Shown: positions 24,459 through 40,395, counted from the first letter of the stretch. The stretch: 64,000 bases of DNA from Toensbergia leucococca (GCA_022813965.1 JALDZS010000003.1:124001-188000), one strand, 5' to 3'. Notes: generated by a model not told the origin, from the letters alone. Numbers and translations are program-made.

Positions 24459-26964
24459 TCAAAACAGAATCTCACCCCCATAAATCGTCTGTCCAGTCTG
24501 TGAGGCATTGACGATACCCGCGGCTTGTAGGTCTTCGATCAGCTGGAAGATGAGACCGTCACAGCCTTTGGCAGCTGTTTTTTAGTAAAGATATGAGATT
24601 AGTTGGCCTTCTTGGGAAATTTGAACAGGCTGGGACGTACCGAGAAAGTCAATGGTAACGGGGAGATATTCTGTGTGCAAGGTTATATTTGAGAAGTAGG
24701 ATGCTTGGCCAACTGTGCAGGGTAGGTTAAATCATGGTCAAAAGGTGATGTGGAGTAAGGGGAGGGGAGGTACTTGGGACGACCATGTCAGGGACTTCGG
24801 TGAAAGGGGAGATACGGCTGTTGCCAAATCCGTAAGGGACTCCAGGGGGTCTAACAGGACAAAAGTTCGGTGGTCAGTCTCTCCTCGATTAGGTAGGTCG
24901 TGATTTCATCAAGAAAACTCACTACGGGATAGGTAACTTACCCGGAGTATTGATTCCGGTAATTGACATCGTCGTCGGCTGTGCCACCAACGTAGAGTAG
25001 CAAGCTATTAGAGCAGGTACCAGTATCGTTTAAGAGGACGTGCGTGCTCCACCAGTCCATGAAAATCGTTTTGTTCGTGATTGCATCAGTCAGAGCGGAG
25101 TCTGGGAATGAGTCTCCGAATGCCCAGCGAACGAGAGGGACTGGATCCACAAATGGCTTACTTAGCGTCAGCAACACATTATCATTTTACATGATCGCAT
25201 ACTCACTACTCTTCCATCATGTGCAGCGGCGTAGTCGGCATAAAATGGGTCTCGGACGAGCATAGTCTGTTCCTTTGAGATTAGGATTGGATAGGTAATA
25301 TTCAGAAAATCGTCCAAATCTGGGAGAGTCACATCTGGCTTCGTCTCAAACCAGAGCTCAGTAATGTTCAGAGGCGACGCCGTGGTGGACAGAAAGCCTT
25401 CAAGTTTATTTAGGAAATTGAGAATCAACCCATCTGAATCGGTGTCTGCTGAGGTGGGAAAATCAAGGGTGTAGAGCAGCTTTGGATAGTTGTGGTACAA
25501 TTCCAAGGTTGCGTACAACACTTTAGCAGCAGCTGCCCATAGGACAGGGTCACGGCACAAAAAGCCTGATGTGTCGAGTTGCGGGGCCAACGGCATTACT
25601 CCGGTGAGTTCGACGAGGCCATGGGAAGGACGATTCCCAAACACTCCTTGCACTTGGGACGGGCCTCGAATACTTCCGCCTGTGTCAGAGCCCAAAGTTA
25701 GGTCGAGCCACGGATAAGATGCTATACCTGCTCCCGGTCCAGATGAGGATGAGGATGGATCCTGGTAGCCGTCACCTCGGGGATTGAAAGGCGAATGGTA
25801 ATCCACCCAATCAGCCGTTGCCTCTTCGCCATTCGCGAATTGACTAGTCTTCATCTTGCCCACAATTACGGCCCCAGCGTCAATAAGCCGCTGTACTGGC
25901 AAAGCACTGATGGTTTTGGGAGGATATAACGCGTAGTAAGCACGACTGCCATCGCTGGTTTGGACACCGTCAATGTCGTAGATGTCTTTGATTCCAAGTC
26001 GAACACCAGCAAGAGGCTGGTCAGGTGTTTTTGTGTAGTAAAGTCGAGAAGGCACTCCAACTGCTGGTGACTGTATCCCTGGAATAGATGCTGGTAGAGC
26101 AGCGTAAGACCCATTTGAACTGGGGATCAATGGTTGTGTGAAGGCGCCCGCGAAGTCGGAGTACAGCCTGTAGGCCTGGTAGAGAGATCCTGTGGAAGAT
26201 ATGAAGTATGGACCTTGCGACAAGACTGGTGAGTTACCACTCGAGGAAATAATGGTCCCTACATCTGATCCGTTGAAGTCGAAGCTACCAATGAGTGGCT
26301 TGAAAGGATACCTTGGGCTCGATCTGAGACTTCCAGTGTATTGGATGTATACAGCTAGAAGAGCATTAGAAAGGTAAAACTCAAAGTGATTATGACGGTC
26401 GTATTGGTCGAAGGTGTCCTGTACTCTAGAGGAAGACAAACTGCTATAATACGCCAACTCTTGACATAGTTGGTTTTTTGACACGAAAAATGAACAAATT
26501 CAGTAGCTCGAAATGTATTGGGTATGCGTACTACCTTCAGAGTGAAAATAAGAGAAGCATGCCTGAAGTACAATGGAAAGAAATTGCTGTAATAGCTTTT
26601 GATACATAGAGGTTGAGATGTCAAGTTTACCTTGAAGGAATCCTGTTGACCACACGTCGTCGGTAGAGGCAAAAGTACTGAGGGTGGCTTCCAGGTCAGA
26701 TTGACTGAAATTTAGAGATGGGGTGGTGACTAGAGTGACAGGTACCAAGCCGGCGACTGAGGTAGCGCTATGGAGTTGACTGGATGCAAGAGAGAGCGTG
26801 GTCACGGCCGTCGGAGGGATGTAATAAGGAACGTCGTTCAGCACCACCGTCATACCGGTGGAAGAGAAAGACACAGCTGCCCAGGCATGATGCAGTGACT
26901 GCAAGACAACAACGAAGGTGAGAGCGAGAGATACGGTCAGTGGAAAAGACAAAGACGCAAGCAT
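24459..26964 (-). CDS. Amidase signature family enzyme with signal peptide (secreted; family often annotated GatA-like)
   Basis: Exons 26964-26631, 26354-25207, 25156-24942, 24850-24774, 24712-24641, 24574-24459. Hydrophobic N-terminus; triad motifs [17 protein letters not shown] and [11 protein letters not shown]. Ends GGEILF*. Confidence 0.9.
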
Positions 26965-27878
26965 CTTGGCTGGAACGGACTGGTGCTTGAAGATGGATGC
27001 TCAGTCTGAAGTCAAGCAAGTCTGCACAGGATTGTTGATCCTTATGAGACATTTCATTCACACATCAGTGAATACCTCATGTACCACTATCTTGACTACC
27101 TTATAGATTATAAATTTTGACCTCACAGAGGAGCGTGTCCCGGCCCACCTGCTCGTGCCTAAGGTACCTTAGTTACTAGGCAGATTTCGTACTTTTGGAA
27201 GTAAAGTCAGCACTGAACCCCGCTTTACTGGACAGTGATAGGTGAGCTCGACATTGCTATCAGCCATGCACCTGCCTTAAACATGTCCTGTCCTGCATAT
27301 TGGAAAGCCAAAGGATTGCCGTCCAGTCGTCCGGACTCGGAGATTGCCTGATAAGCCGCCATCTTCACCGACTTCAGCAATGGAAACACAGGCACTTTGG
27401 CAGCCTGCATAGTCAGAAGCTTGACGGTGAGCCTCATCTCGAACAATGACACCACCTTCTCCACTAATACATATCAACATTGATTAGCAAAAAGAAACCC
27501 ATTACGGATACCTAGTAAGTCTCTCGTAATCAAGGCAATTCTAACCGAGTATTTACATGTGCATGCCTAATTATTCTACCCACCAATACTCTCCTGTCTC
27601 CTCTCCGCTAAAAGTGCTGAGCTTCCGGTCTGGAAAAAAGCCACAAAAATGTTGATTAGGTAGGTATGTATTCAAATGCTGCTAGCGGGTATCTACATGA
27701 GTGACGTATATGCAGCAATGTCAAAAGACATTCTCCAAGACCGGCTGCTCTCTAATACAAGGTAAAGCCGCCCAGTCCAATCGTGAGCCTGGTTTTGCCG
27801 TGGCCAACGCCACTTTACGCCAAACGCCTCTGTTTTGCCAAAAAGCCTTGTACTCAGCCGGCCAGGGAGAGTTCCGCC

Positions 27879-29375
27879 TCATCTACGTCGCGCACTATCT
27901 TGTAATGCGCTCGTCATGAAATCCATACCTACGCTATCACTCGCTCTGAGCCGGCCCGTTCTGACGTCTCCCGGAGGCGGGCTTCTCGGCCCTGGCTCTA
28001 CCTCTCGGTCGTATGGATTCAAATGAATCTCATCACAACCTGGAGTGCTCTCACTGTCAGGCCCATGCGCCCAATCCGTTACACTAGGCCTGTTGCTTCT
28101 TAACACGCCACCTACTTGCGGCATATGCATACGATCAAAGTCAAGCTGCAAAAGTGGTGGAGCTCTGCAACCCGAGACGTTTTTGGAGCTATGATTAAGC
28201 GTAGTACCCGAGAGAGCCGGTGATAGAGGACTAAGGGGTGTGTCTGGGATCCTGCCTAGTCCATCGTGCTGGGGAAAGCCCGAAGACTTGGTATTTCCAG
28301 GGTTCCAGCAAGCAGCAGGATTAGTAAAGACATTGTGAGGCTCGTTAGCCACTTCTATGTGTTCTGTTTTCAGGATGCAATTGCGGTCAAGGGAAGGGAC
28401 CCATTTTAGACGACCGCTGTTGTTGGTGGTGAACGAGTCTGATCGGGTGTTTGGGGAGGGAAAAGGACTGGCTTGTTTTGGTTTGTCGAAAGACTTGTTG
28501 GCGTAGTGAGCATGGCGCGTCAAGTAGTTCATGGATTTGGAGCGACCTTTGGGTTCCTGAGTGGGAGACGGACCTTCTTGATCATTCAAAGTGAGGTGCG
28601 TCGCGCTGCTTACAGAGGAATTCGCAAGGGTCATGAGTTGATTGAGAACAGCGAATTCGAGTTTTAGCTTGATGCTGTAGACCATTGCCTTAAGGGTGGC
28701 TTCGACTTCGTAGTTGTTAGTGTACTCCATGGCAAGGAGAACAACATCCATGGCAATGATGATCAAATTGATCCAGATTAACTGCATCATTACTCGACGA
28801 GTACGTCCATGGTAGACAGGGCGAAGAAGCTTGATAGTGGAATAGACGTATATACCGGAAATGATGAATTCTTGCATGCAAAAAGCTGTCATCTGCATCC
28901 GCTCAACGATATTGAAGGCGGTCGTAAACTCGACAGAGTCGCTGGAATTGGAGCCGTAAGTTAGGACGGTGGTGGGGATATGGAAACAGAAGGCATCCAC
29001 GATGATCATGGCAAGAACGCTACGGAGAATCTTCTGTTCGCGCACAACTAGATGAAGCCTCGAGTACAGGACAACGGCCTGGCCCGTGACCATGCAATAC
29101 CATCCGATGGTGATGATGGTGACTGAGAAGTAGTTGTTGGTGGTGAGCTGGAAGAACTTGAGCAGGAAGCCAAGGGCATGCAATACACAACCATAACTGG
29201 AAATGAGGAGTGACCAGAAGTAGAGACCGCGATGTCTTTTGAAAGTCATGAAAACCTGAATGTTGAGCTCAATGACATTGTACCAAGCTATAGCCGTGAA
29301 GGCTGCTATGGTCATATAAGTCTGCGTATTGTAAGGGATAGCCACCCCGGTCTCTCCACTATCCGGTAGAGCCAT
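27879..29375 (-). CDS. Fungal multi-pass (about 7 TM) integral membrane protein, DUF7703-like, with long Ser/Pro-rich tail
   Basis: Single exon; first ATG at 29375 (the ORF track starts at an upstream TTG). Motifs IAWYNVIEL..F.TFKRHRGLYFWSLL, MVTGQAVVLYSRLHLV, FCMQEFIISGIY, YSIKLKLEFAVLNQL. Confidence 0.85.
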   Translation of the reverse strand: MALPDSGETGVAIPYNTQTYMTIAAFTAIAWYNVIELNIQVFMTFKRHRGLYFWSLLISSYGCVLHALGFLLKFFQLTTNNYFSVTIITIGWYCMVTGQAVVLYSRLHLVVREQKILRSVLAMIIVDAFCFHIPTTVLTYGSNSSDSVEFTTAFNIVERMQMTAFCMQEFIISGIYVYSTIKLLRPVYHGRTRRVMMQLIWINLIIIAMDVVLLAMEYTNNYEVEATLKAMVYSIKLKLEFAVLNQLMTLANSSVSSATHLTLNDQEGPSPTQEPKGRSKSMNYLTRHAHYANKSFDKPKQASPFPSPNTRSDSFTTNNSGRLKWVPSLDRNCILKTEHIEVANEPHNVFTNPAACWNPGNTKSSGFPQHDGLGRIPDTPLSPLSPALSGTTLNHSSKNVSGCRAPPLLQLDFDRMHMPQVGGVLRSNRPSVTDWAHGPDSESTPGCDEIHLNPYDREVEPGPRSPPPGDVRTGRLRASDSVGMDFMTSALQDSARRR

Positions 29376-30648
29376 TTGGTGAGAGACGAAAGTCGGCGTA
29401 TATACAAAGAAAATCGTAGTTATTGGTGGCGATTTTGGATAACGACGAAAGAATTCATGAGTGTAGATCTGCAATGTTCACGACAAAAGCAGCGCATTGG
29501 CGTCGACTATATCTGACAACGATTATATATACCTCGACGGCAGGCAAGAGAATGTAAGATTTTTACCAAAGCAGATTTGATATATGGAGGGAGGGAGGGT
29601 AGCTCGGAGATTTACGCTCGTGATGTCTCGGTAGGATGGAGGATCAATGTAGAGTGGCAACTCGACGTATATAGAGACAGAAGAGGGTGGGACAAGGGAT
29701 AACAGAGCGCAAGGTTTGACGGAGGCTTGTAGTCTGAAATCATAGGCGGAGCAAAAAGCCACATTTGCGGGGTATGGTGTTGGAGGAAATTGAGGTACTT
29801 ATTGCCAGGCTACGAGCCGTGCTTGCAGACAATGGAAAGTTCACATAATGCCTGGCTCTTAATTGACTAGCTTACTGGCTCCTGGGCGGAGATCAAGGGA
29901 TGGACGATGCTCGTAACGCTAAGGTAAGAAGGGATGATAGTCGATGTATCTTTGACCGTTGATGGACAACCTGATACATGCTGTTCGTAAGCCCATAGCA
30001 TCTTTCCGAACACTTTACCTTGGATGCCAAGGGGCATACAGCTACATACACATACTGCACTGCACTGCACTCACCCAACTCCCCTGCGCCATGTGGCCAA
30101 GACTCAGATGAACCTCTCAATAGATTCCTCAAGATAATTCTTTACCATCTGTTATCTAATCCGCTATCCATCGACCACCCCTCGCAATAATACCTGTATT
30201 GTATTCGAGCTACATGTACTCGGTATGCAATCCGAGGGTGAGGGCGATGTCTCGAAGCTACAGCTTGCATTTCAGTTTCCCACTAGAGCCCACGAACGAG
30301 TACGCGCTGCATCGTCATCCAATGCAGCCTTGATACTGAGACTGAAGGATCCTGGGTTTGCTCTCATCCCCACGAATCCCATCCACCTTTCGGAATCGAG
30401 CTGGTCCACTGATTCAGCAACAGACCAGGCCCGTTCATAACCATGCATAATGGAAGTTTCACTATGCAGCACATTCTCGCTAGGGATGCCTTGCAACGGC
30501 CAATGACCGACTTCCGTTTAAACCCACGATTGGCACGCAACAATCAGACCCAGATCCGACCGGGGCCATAGAAGCGCGCTTTTCTCATTTGCGATCTGGA
30601 AATGACCACATGTCGCCATCATCGATCCAGCCTTCCGCCAAAAATCTC

Positions 30649-30677
30649 GCATGCTGCGTAGCATGCTGCGTAGCATG
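30649..30677. repeat. 12-bp tandem repeat (gcatgctgcgta) x ~2.4
   Basis: gcatgctgcgta gcatgctgcgta gcatg read directly from the sequence; intergenic. Confidence 0.8.
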
Positions 30678-32477
30678 ACAGCGAAAAATCTTGCGAGCAG
30701 CATTTAGCACCACTCAACCGTAGTAGACGAGATTGCGGGGATGACAGGGAGATGGCTGTTGATGCTTCATAGGTTAATACCAACCAAGGCATCTAACTAA
30801 GTCCAACGTGGAGAAAGGCTCATGTCAGGGACGAGACTGTCATCCCTCAATAACCGACTTGTGGACCTCTTTACCAACTGGGCCAGCATATCCTGCAAGC
30901 CCTTCCCTGGGTTCGCCAGTCCCATTAAGTGTTTGAAGGTGGTCTAACGGCAGGAAGGATGATCATGCGAGGCGGGATGATGAAAAGGAAAAGGCAGATT
31001 ACACACACACCATGGGTCATCAGGACCCACTGTCCTCGAGGATTTGAAAGGCGCAGTCTTCCGTAAGATGTTGCAAAAGAGATCGACAATGAGTCCCAAC
31101 AACAACATGCCTGTCCAGACTGGGAGAGGTGCGGCCCGGTCAATATTGATCAGCAACATCAGCTAGAAGGATTCTCCCGTTCTTTCCACTTTAAACGGCC
31201 AGCACTGGTTACCGTTTGTGCTGCTTATTTTCGACTATGAACGCCACGACACCATTTTGGAAAATAAGATAATTATTTGTTGGATAACAAAGCAGGATAA
31301 GGAATTCTAGTGTAAACAATCTGTCTCAACATCTACTTTCCGTGGTTTCGTGATGAGAATCCTGTGGTCGCACTAATGACGCCTCCCTACACATCTTCTT
31401 ACTCGCACCTCACTCTGATTATCAAATGCCAATGCCTAGTAACCTCTCCACCGCTTTAATTCTCAGTCTATGCTCTTCTGCCAGATCGCAACGAAAGTCT
31501 AGTATCGCTTGATTAGGACGGTTTCCATCTTCGTTATGCGAATCCGCGTTGGTCATGATTATGATCATGGCCCTTTCCTTCAGCACCTCGATTACGACAG
31601 AGAGGGGCATCTTGTCTCCTAGAATCATGTTACGCGCATTGAGGCTTGTTTGCAGTAAAAATCAGGTCTATTGATGAGAGACTCGGCCTAGCTATTGGAC
31701 TAACGAGAGCGCCGACTCACACAATCAGATCGGACTGCTGTTTCATGGACAGTGGGTTGGCGAGTGTCTCACACCAAGAGCTTCCGAGTCATGGTCTTTT
31801 GATTCCTAATCACTGAAACGGAAGCATTGCTTGGGTCCCATGTTCCGTCTCGAAAGCCTGAAACCTCTGGATTCTATCGAAAACTTAGACTTTGCATGGT
31901 ACGAAGGTTCTGATGGCAAAATACAAGTAATTGTTTATACTATGTGATTTATTCGAGTCTTCGAGAATTTACCGTTAGAAAGAGGCTAGTAAAAACTGAG
32001 AACATTCATTTGGCTTCCAAAACTTTGGCCATTGAAAAACATTTTCAATTTCTGACACGAATCCTTCACTACCTTCCAGAGCCTACCTTAGCTAAAACCC
32101 CTATTTGGTTGACCTTGTAGTGTAAAGGGAACCTGGGGAGTACGGATAGTATGGATTTCTTTACGTCTCTCGACTCGTCATTTGAGCCACTGCTGACCTT
32201 GCTCTTCATGCCAATAACTCAACGCAAGGTAAACTTGGGGGAAATGTCCGAGCGATACGACATGGTGAGACAGCAAGGCTCTGGGGAGTCACTTACAATG
32301 ATGTGAAATTAGCGAGTTTGCAGCTCGAGATATTTCTCTTGATGGAAGGTCGGTGCTTTGAAAGGATAGTACAATTGCTCATGATTACCACCCTGCTGCA
32401 GCAGACGAACCCAACGCCATTACGAAAGCAGACCTTAGATGAAATCCATCGCCAAACCCAATCATGGTGCATATACA

Positions 32478-35610
<3,133 letters not shown>

Positions 35611-35689
35611 TGTTTTAATCTTGTGAGCCAAGTATGAAGGGCGAGTGTGAAGTTGCGTTGATGAAGTCTTTGAGTGGGATGTTAAGATG

Positions 35690-35740
35690 ATGAGCGCGAC
35701 GCGATCTTTTCGCATATCGGAGCCAATTTCGCGTTAAAGT
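35690..35740. promoter_or_regulatory. CGCG-core (MCB/SCB-like) elements plus CCAAT box in the MCM3/FYV7 bidirectional promoter
   Basis: gcgcgacgcga at ~35694-35704, CCAAT at 35723-35727 and tttcgcgt at 35727-35734 (ACGCGAAA on the minus strand), about 80-125 bp upstream of the MCM3 ATG. Confidence 0.45.
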
Positions 35741-35844
35741 GCTTGCATATGCGCTAGTGGTAGTCGTTGGCCCCGATATCGCCTTGCCGAAAATTCTGGA
35801 AGGAAGCCACACTACGTCCTGTTTCTGTGGTTGTATCCTCTAGT

Positions 35845-36505
35845 ATGCCAGCCAAACGAAAGCACGACGACCCTGATCTTGACTCTGAGTCGAAGGACGT
35901 TGCAAAAAAATCGAGAAAGGGTTTCCAGGTAGGGCCCGCAAATTTGCCAGACGGGACCTATCGGCGAAAAGGTGAATCATCTGCCTCATTTTGCACGACT
36001 ACAAGCTGATTCATGGGTAGCCCAAAAGATCAAGCATGACCTGATCCGAAAAGCGAAGGTGAAGAAGTCTTATGCTAAACTCAAGGAGCGTGAGCCACAA
36101 GAGACCCCAAAGTCCTATCTTGTCCACCCTACCAACGAGGATGAGCCTCGCGCAAGCTTGGAGCTCCATCCTGAGAGACAAGCAATGCTAGATGAGCCCC
36201 TTGTGAAGCAGCAACAAGTGCCAAGACAGACGTGGAGCCATTCCAGGAAACCCAAAGTACAACGTTCCAAGCCAGTGCCATTCACGAAAGAATTTAAGGT
36301 AGCCGAACAGCGGAAGGTAGAGGCTGAGGCGAGGCGAAATGCTTCTGAAGAAGCCAGCCAACAACGCCAAAAAAAGATCGAAGAGAGGGAGAAATTCCGG
36401 AGGGCAATGGCCAAGGCGCGGACGGGGGGAAAGAATGGGCAGAGAAAATTGGGCCGGGAAAGCCAGGTATTGCTAGAGAAGGTTAAGAGAATAACGAGTG
36501 ATTGA
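35845..36505 (+). CDS. FYV7: Basic coiled-coil rRNA-processing protein, Fyv7-like
   Basis: Exons 35845-35971 and 36021-36505. [45 protein letters not shown] and [16 protein letters not shown]. The symbol is from recall of filamentous-fungal homologs. Confidence 0.7.
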
Positions 36506-37249
36506 ACAACGAATAAGATTCGCAATGGTGATTCATCGACGATTTGATTGATGAGTTCAAGAAATACATCAGCCAACATATGCACAGAATACTTCTGATA
36601 CTTGTACGTGAGCCGAACCAACGAACGACTGCGTTTGCCACTCCATCAAATGACTCAATGGCCCATGTAAAAATCGAATTGATTGGTGCATGGCCTTTCT
36701 GAAGCCAGAAACCTTAGATTGACCATTCTTGTCAATCTCAGACTATGCAATGCAATTCTATCTTTCAGCTTTGGACCAAGATTCAACTCTCGCCCATACC
36801 CTATCAAGTCGGCTCTGACAACACCTGCTGCCTTCCTAGCAAGCCCTGCATCACTAGCAAAACCACGATAATCGTACAGCCAACAGCAAAATTCGCCGCC
36901 AACGTGGACAAAAATCTGTATATGCGACCGGCTACAATTAACCCCTCCGGTTTACTCCAGAGCGGGTCGGAGATGCATCATGCAACGGGATCACGCGCGC
37001 AGAAGCCCGAACGGAAGATTTTTCACTTCGAGGCAAAGCTACTGTAGAAAATGTCCCTATGGACAGCGTGTTCTTCGCGGATATACGATGAGACAAAGTA
37101 CTAAACCCTATTGTCAGCTTCGATGGGACCATCATGGAAGACTCGGCATGCCACATGATCAAGCTACATGTTTCCAAACACTCAGATGAAGAAAATGCCT
37201 CAATTCCACTCCCTGCCTAATCACTGTCAATTGTTCTCGTCACCCCAAA

Positions 37250-38800
37250 TTTTCACTCGTTGCAATATCAACTCTCTTGCATTTGCTCCTCTCTTACTCT
37301 CCCCAACCACTTACCAACCTCATTCTCGTCTTTGTTTCTTCTTTATTATCGCCACCCTCCCTCCTCCAACGTCCCCACACAATTCCAAACACTGATCGAT
37401 TCAACAATCAACCCGTCTTCCCAGCGTCATGTAAATGCAGGATCAAAAAACCTCATGCTCAGAAGCAAAAAAGCCATCTTACCCATTCATCTCGTTGGAA
37501 GGCGCCACTACATTTACCCGATTCCCCGCCCTCAATACCCACCTCCCCCATACCCATTCCCAAAAGCCTCGCACACATAAAAACCCCGAAATCCATTAAC
37601 TGCAAGCCTCCCACCCCCCGCACCAAACAAACGAGTTCTCGAGAAAACTCCGTTCAAAGGCAAGGGGAACATTATCCCCATCCCTCTTCCTAACTCCTCT
37701 CCTCAACTCTTCTGCCCCAACCTAGAACCTCCCACCGCACGCAAGAGCCAAACCCCTCCCGCCCCGCTGCCTGAAAGCCACTACCAAAACCCCAACTAAC
37801 AGTCCCCAATGCCCAATCCCTACCCGCGTAAACCGAAAAAAAGAAACCTCATCGCCCCACCCTCTCCATCTCTATAGCACCATCCCGTACAGAAATCCTC
37901 ATACACAACCTACATAAAAAGCCAGAACAAAGCCCAAAGTCCCTCCCAGCCGAAGAGAAAACGGGACATGGTGATATGGGAGTATATAGACAACCTCGCT
38001 GATCTCTATCATAAGATTTAGGGTAATAGGAAAGAGGAAAAGTTGAGATCATCTTGACTCCCTGGGTAATATAAAAATCCAACACGATCTGACACTCAGC
38101 TCAAACCTTAATATATTCTAGTAAATGTGCATCTCTATTCCTATGAAATCAAGACCCTTCACTTTCCCCCGCTCCGCACTCTCCAAAGTTACCCCAATAA
38201 AAAAGGATTGGAAAAAGGGGGATAAAAAGAGAGAGAAGGATGGGTATTTTTTAGGGGTCTTCTCGGCGCTGTCGGGGCTAAGGATTGGAGAAAATCCTGT
38301 TTTTTTTTTGGTATGGGGGTTTGGGATGTTGTTGTCGTCCTTTGCGCTGTGCAGATTTTAGAAATTTAAATATCCCGTGCGTGTTTGGAATCTACAAATT
38401 GCCACCGCCCCTCCATCGTCTTTTTTCACTTCGTACAAAATACAACAAAAGCATCCCAACACAAAAAAGTACAAACCATCTTTCCCCCCTCTCTACTCTA
38501 AACAAACCTCGGTTCTTTTTTTTTAAAAAAAAAAGAAACAAGTGATAAATATATATTATCACACACAAACTACTATGAAAAAAAGTAAAATCGATAAGCA
38601 ATCAGTTTCAAAAGTGTGTGTGAAGAAATAAACCGCCACCAGCGAGCGAGTTGAAAAAGAGAGAAAAAGAGATCCAAATAAATACCAAAAGAGAAATATT
38701 ATAACGACGAAAGGAAATTCAAGGAATGGAAAAGTTGAAAGGAGGAAAAAAAACACCAGTCCACCCGAACGAGAGCACTTATTTTCCCCAGAAATGGATG
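37250..38800. repeat. Low-complexity C/A-skewed and poly-A/T intergenic tract between convergent genes
   Basis: G-poor C/A block at ~37300-37960, G/T block at ~38205-38350, A-rich block at ~38430-38760. ORFs here are compositionally biased and unconvincing. Confidence 0.7.
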
Positions 38801-39152
38801 AGATGGTCGAGATAAGTGGAGGGCTGGCTGTGAGGGAGAGAGTGGGAGAACCTCAGAGTCACAAACAGGCAAAGGCACGAATTAGAAAAGCACTCAAGAT
38901 ACATACACGTTGCGAAAAAGATCCGACTGTATGTTCTTGATATTAGATACAGATATCTCACCTAGCCGTAGTCTAACACCGTCCCATCCCCTCCTTAGTA
39001 GCAAAACTCCATAAATACCCCCACTAACCACACTTCTCCGATAATCGGCATAGATACCTTGTCTCTCACTCGACCTTCCCTCTTCGACCAGCCAAACTTC
39101 CCTCCCCCGTGCACATCATCCTTCCCGCCCACAGTACAGAAACGTCCTACCT

Positions 39153-40220
39153 CTAATGATCCTCACTGACCACACTCCCCACCTCAGTCCAGCTCCCAGG
39201 AGTGCTCGTCCCCTCCCCAATTTCACTCACAAGATCCAGATCACTCTCGCTGCCAGCCTGGCTTGCATTGTCCGTAGCACCAACTTGGGCGTCTAGACCC
39301 GCGGCTTCACCGGCAGATTCAGAGTGCGGAGGGGAGTAGAAGGGCGAAAGGGTGGATTCGGTCCATTCGGGGACGGACCAGTAGTTTGAAGGGAGGTCTG
39401 CTAGGTGGGAGGTTGAGGAGGCAGAGGTTGTAGGCGTTAGGTCGAGGAGCTGTTCTGAGGGATGGTTGGAGGCTTGGTCAGAGGTTGAGATGCGGAGATT
39501 TGGTGTGGCTGCTTGGGGCGAGGGAGGGGCTTCGACGGTGGCGGTACTTTCGCGGGAGGGTGGGGTGGTCTGGTCGAGTTGCTGGTCTGCTAGTGAAAAA
39601 TCGGAGTGCATTTCGTCTCCAAAGGGGTTGGCGACTGCAGCGCCCAGAGTGGCTCCGGAGATCTCTGCGTTTCTGTTGCGCAGACTCGCTTCTCCGGCTT
39701 GCGTCTCCGCTGCTGTGGTGGTAGCCTCGCCAGCTTCCTTCCTCAAAGACCCATTCTTATCAACGAAATCATCAAACGTTGTCGCTCTGCATGTGCCCCC
39801 CCGCTTTGATCTCCGCCTCTCCTCCATCACTCTACCTCGTTCCAGGATCTCTTGTCTTGCTTTACGCCGCCTCTCCACGGCATCTGGGCTCTCATCTTCG
39901 CGGGTCGAGGCATCGGGTGTTGAAGGGGAAGGAGGGGTGATTTCGTCACCAAGGCTGTGCAAGGCTATGGCGATTTTTCGGCGTGAGGAATCAACCCATT
40001 TACGGACTTGAGGATTTTCGTAGATGGCGAGACTGGCGGCTACGAGGACTGTAAGGGAAAGGATCAAGCCTGCGGTATGGATTTAGCAAGTAAGAAGTGT
40101 AAATCCTGGGGATTTGAAGAGGGGGGGAGACATGTGGGGCAGGATTGAGATGGTGCTGGGGACCCTAAAGTGAGGTCTTGTGATATGTTGCTTACCCTTT
40201 GCCAGCGGTGCAGCAGGCAT
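39153..40220 (-). CDS. Fungal hypothetical protein with N-terminal TM anchor and disordered acidic tail
   Basis: Exons 40220-40196 and 40069-39153 (GTAAGC donor, CTAAA branch-like site, CAG acceptor). Product MPAAPLAKGLILSLTVLVAASLAIYENPQVRKWVDSSRRKIAIALHSLGDEI...TPGSWTEVGSVVSEDH. Confidence 0.82.
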
Positions 40221-40395
40221 CTTAAGGACGGTACAAAGTCGAAAAAAAAAACGTGTAGATTGTACTGAGGAGAACAAGAAATGGAAGAGCAAGCAGGTTG
40301 GATAGGTGGTATCGTGCCACAACCGAGGAGCTGCAAGAGTCGTCATCAAAGCCACTAGCTAAATCGTCTACTGACGCTAGCGGTACTAAGACAAG

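Noticed and set aside
26355..26630. Intronic snoRNA or cassette exon in the long amidase intron
   Set aside because: No C/D box pair seen, and the candidate internal exon contains an in-frame stop.
27225..27480. Short minus-strand ORFs of 79 and 67 aa
   Set aside because: No recognisable motif or supporting splice structure.
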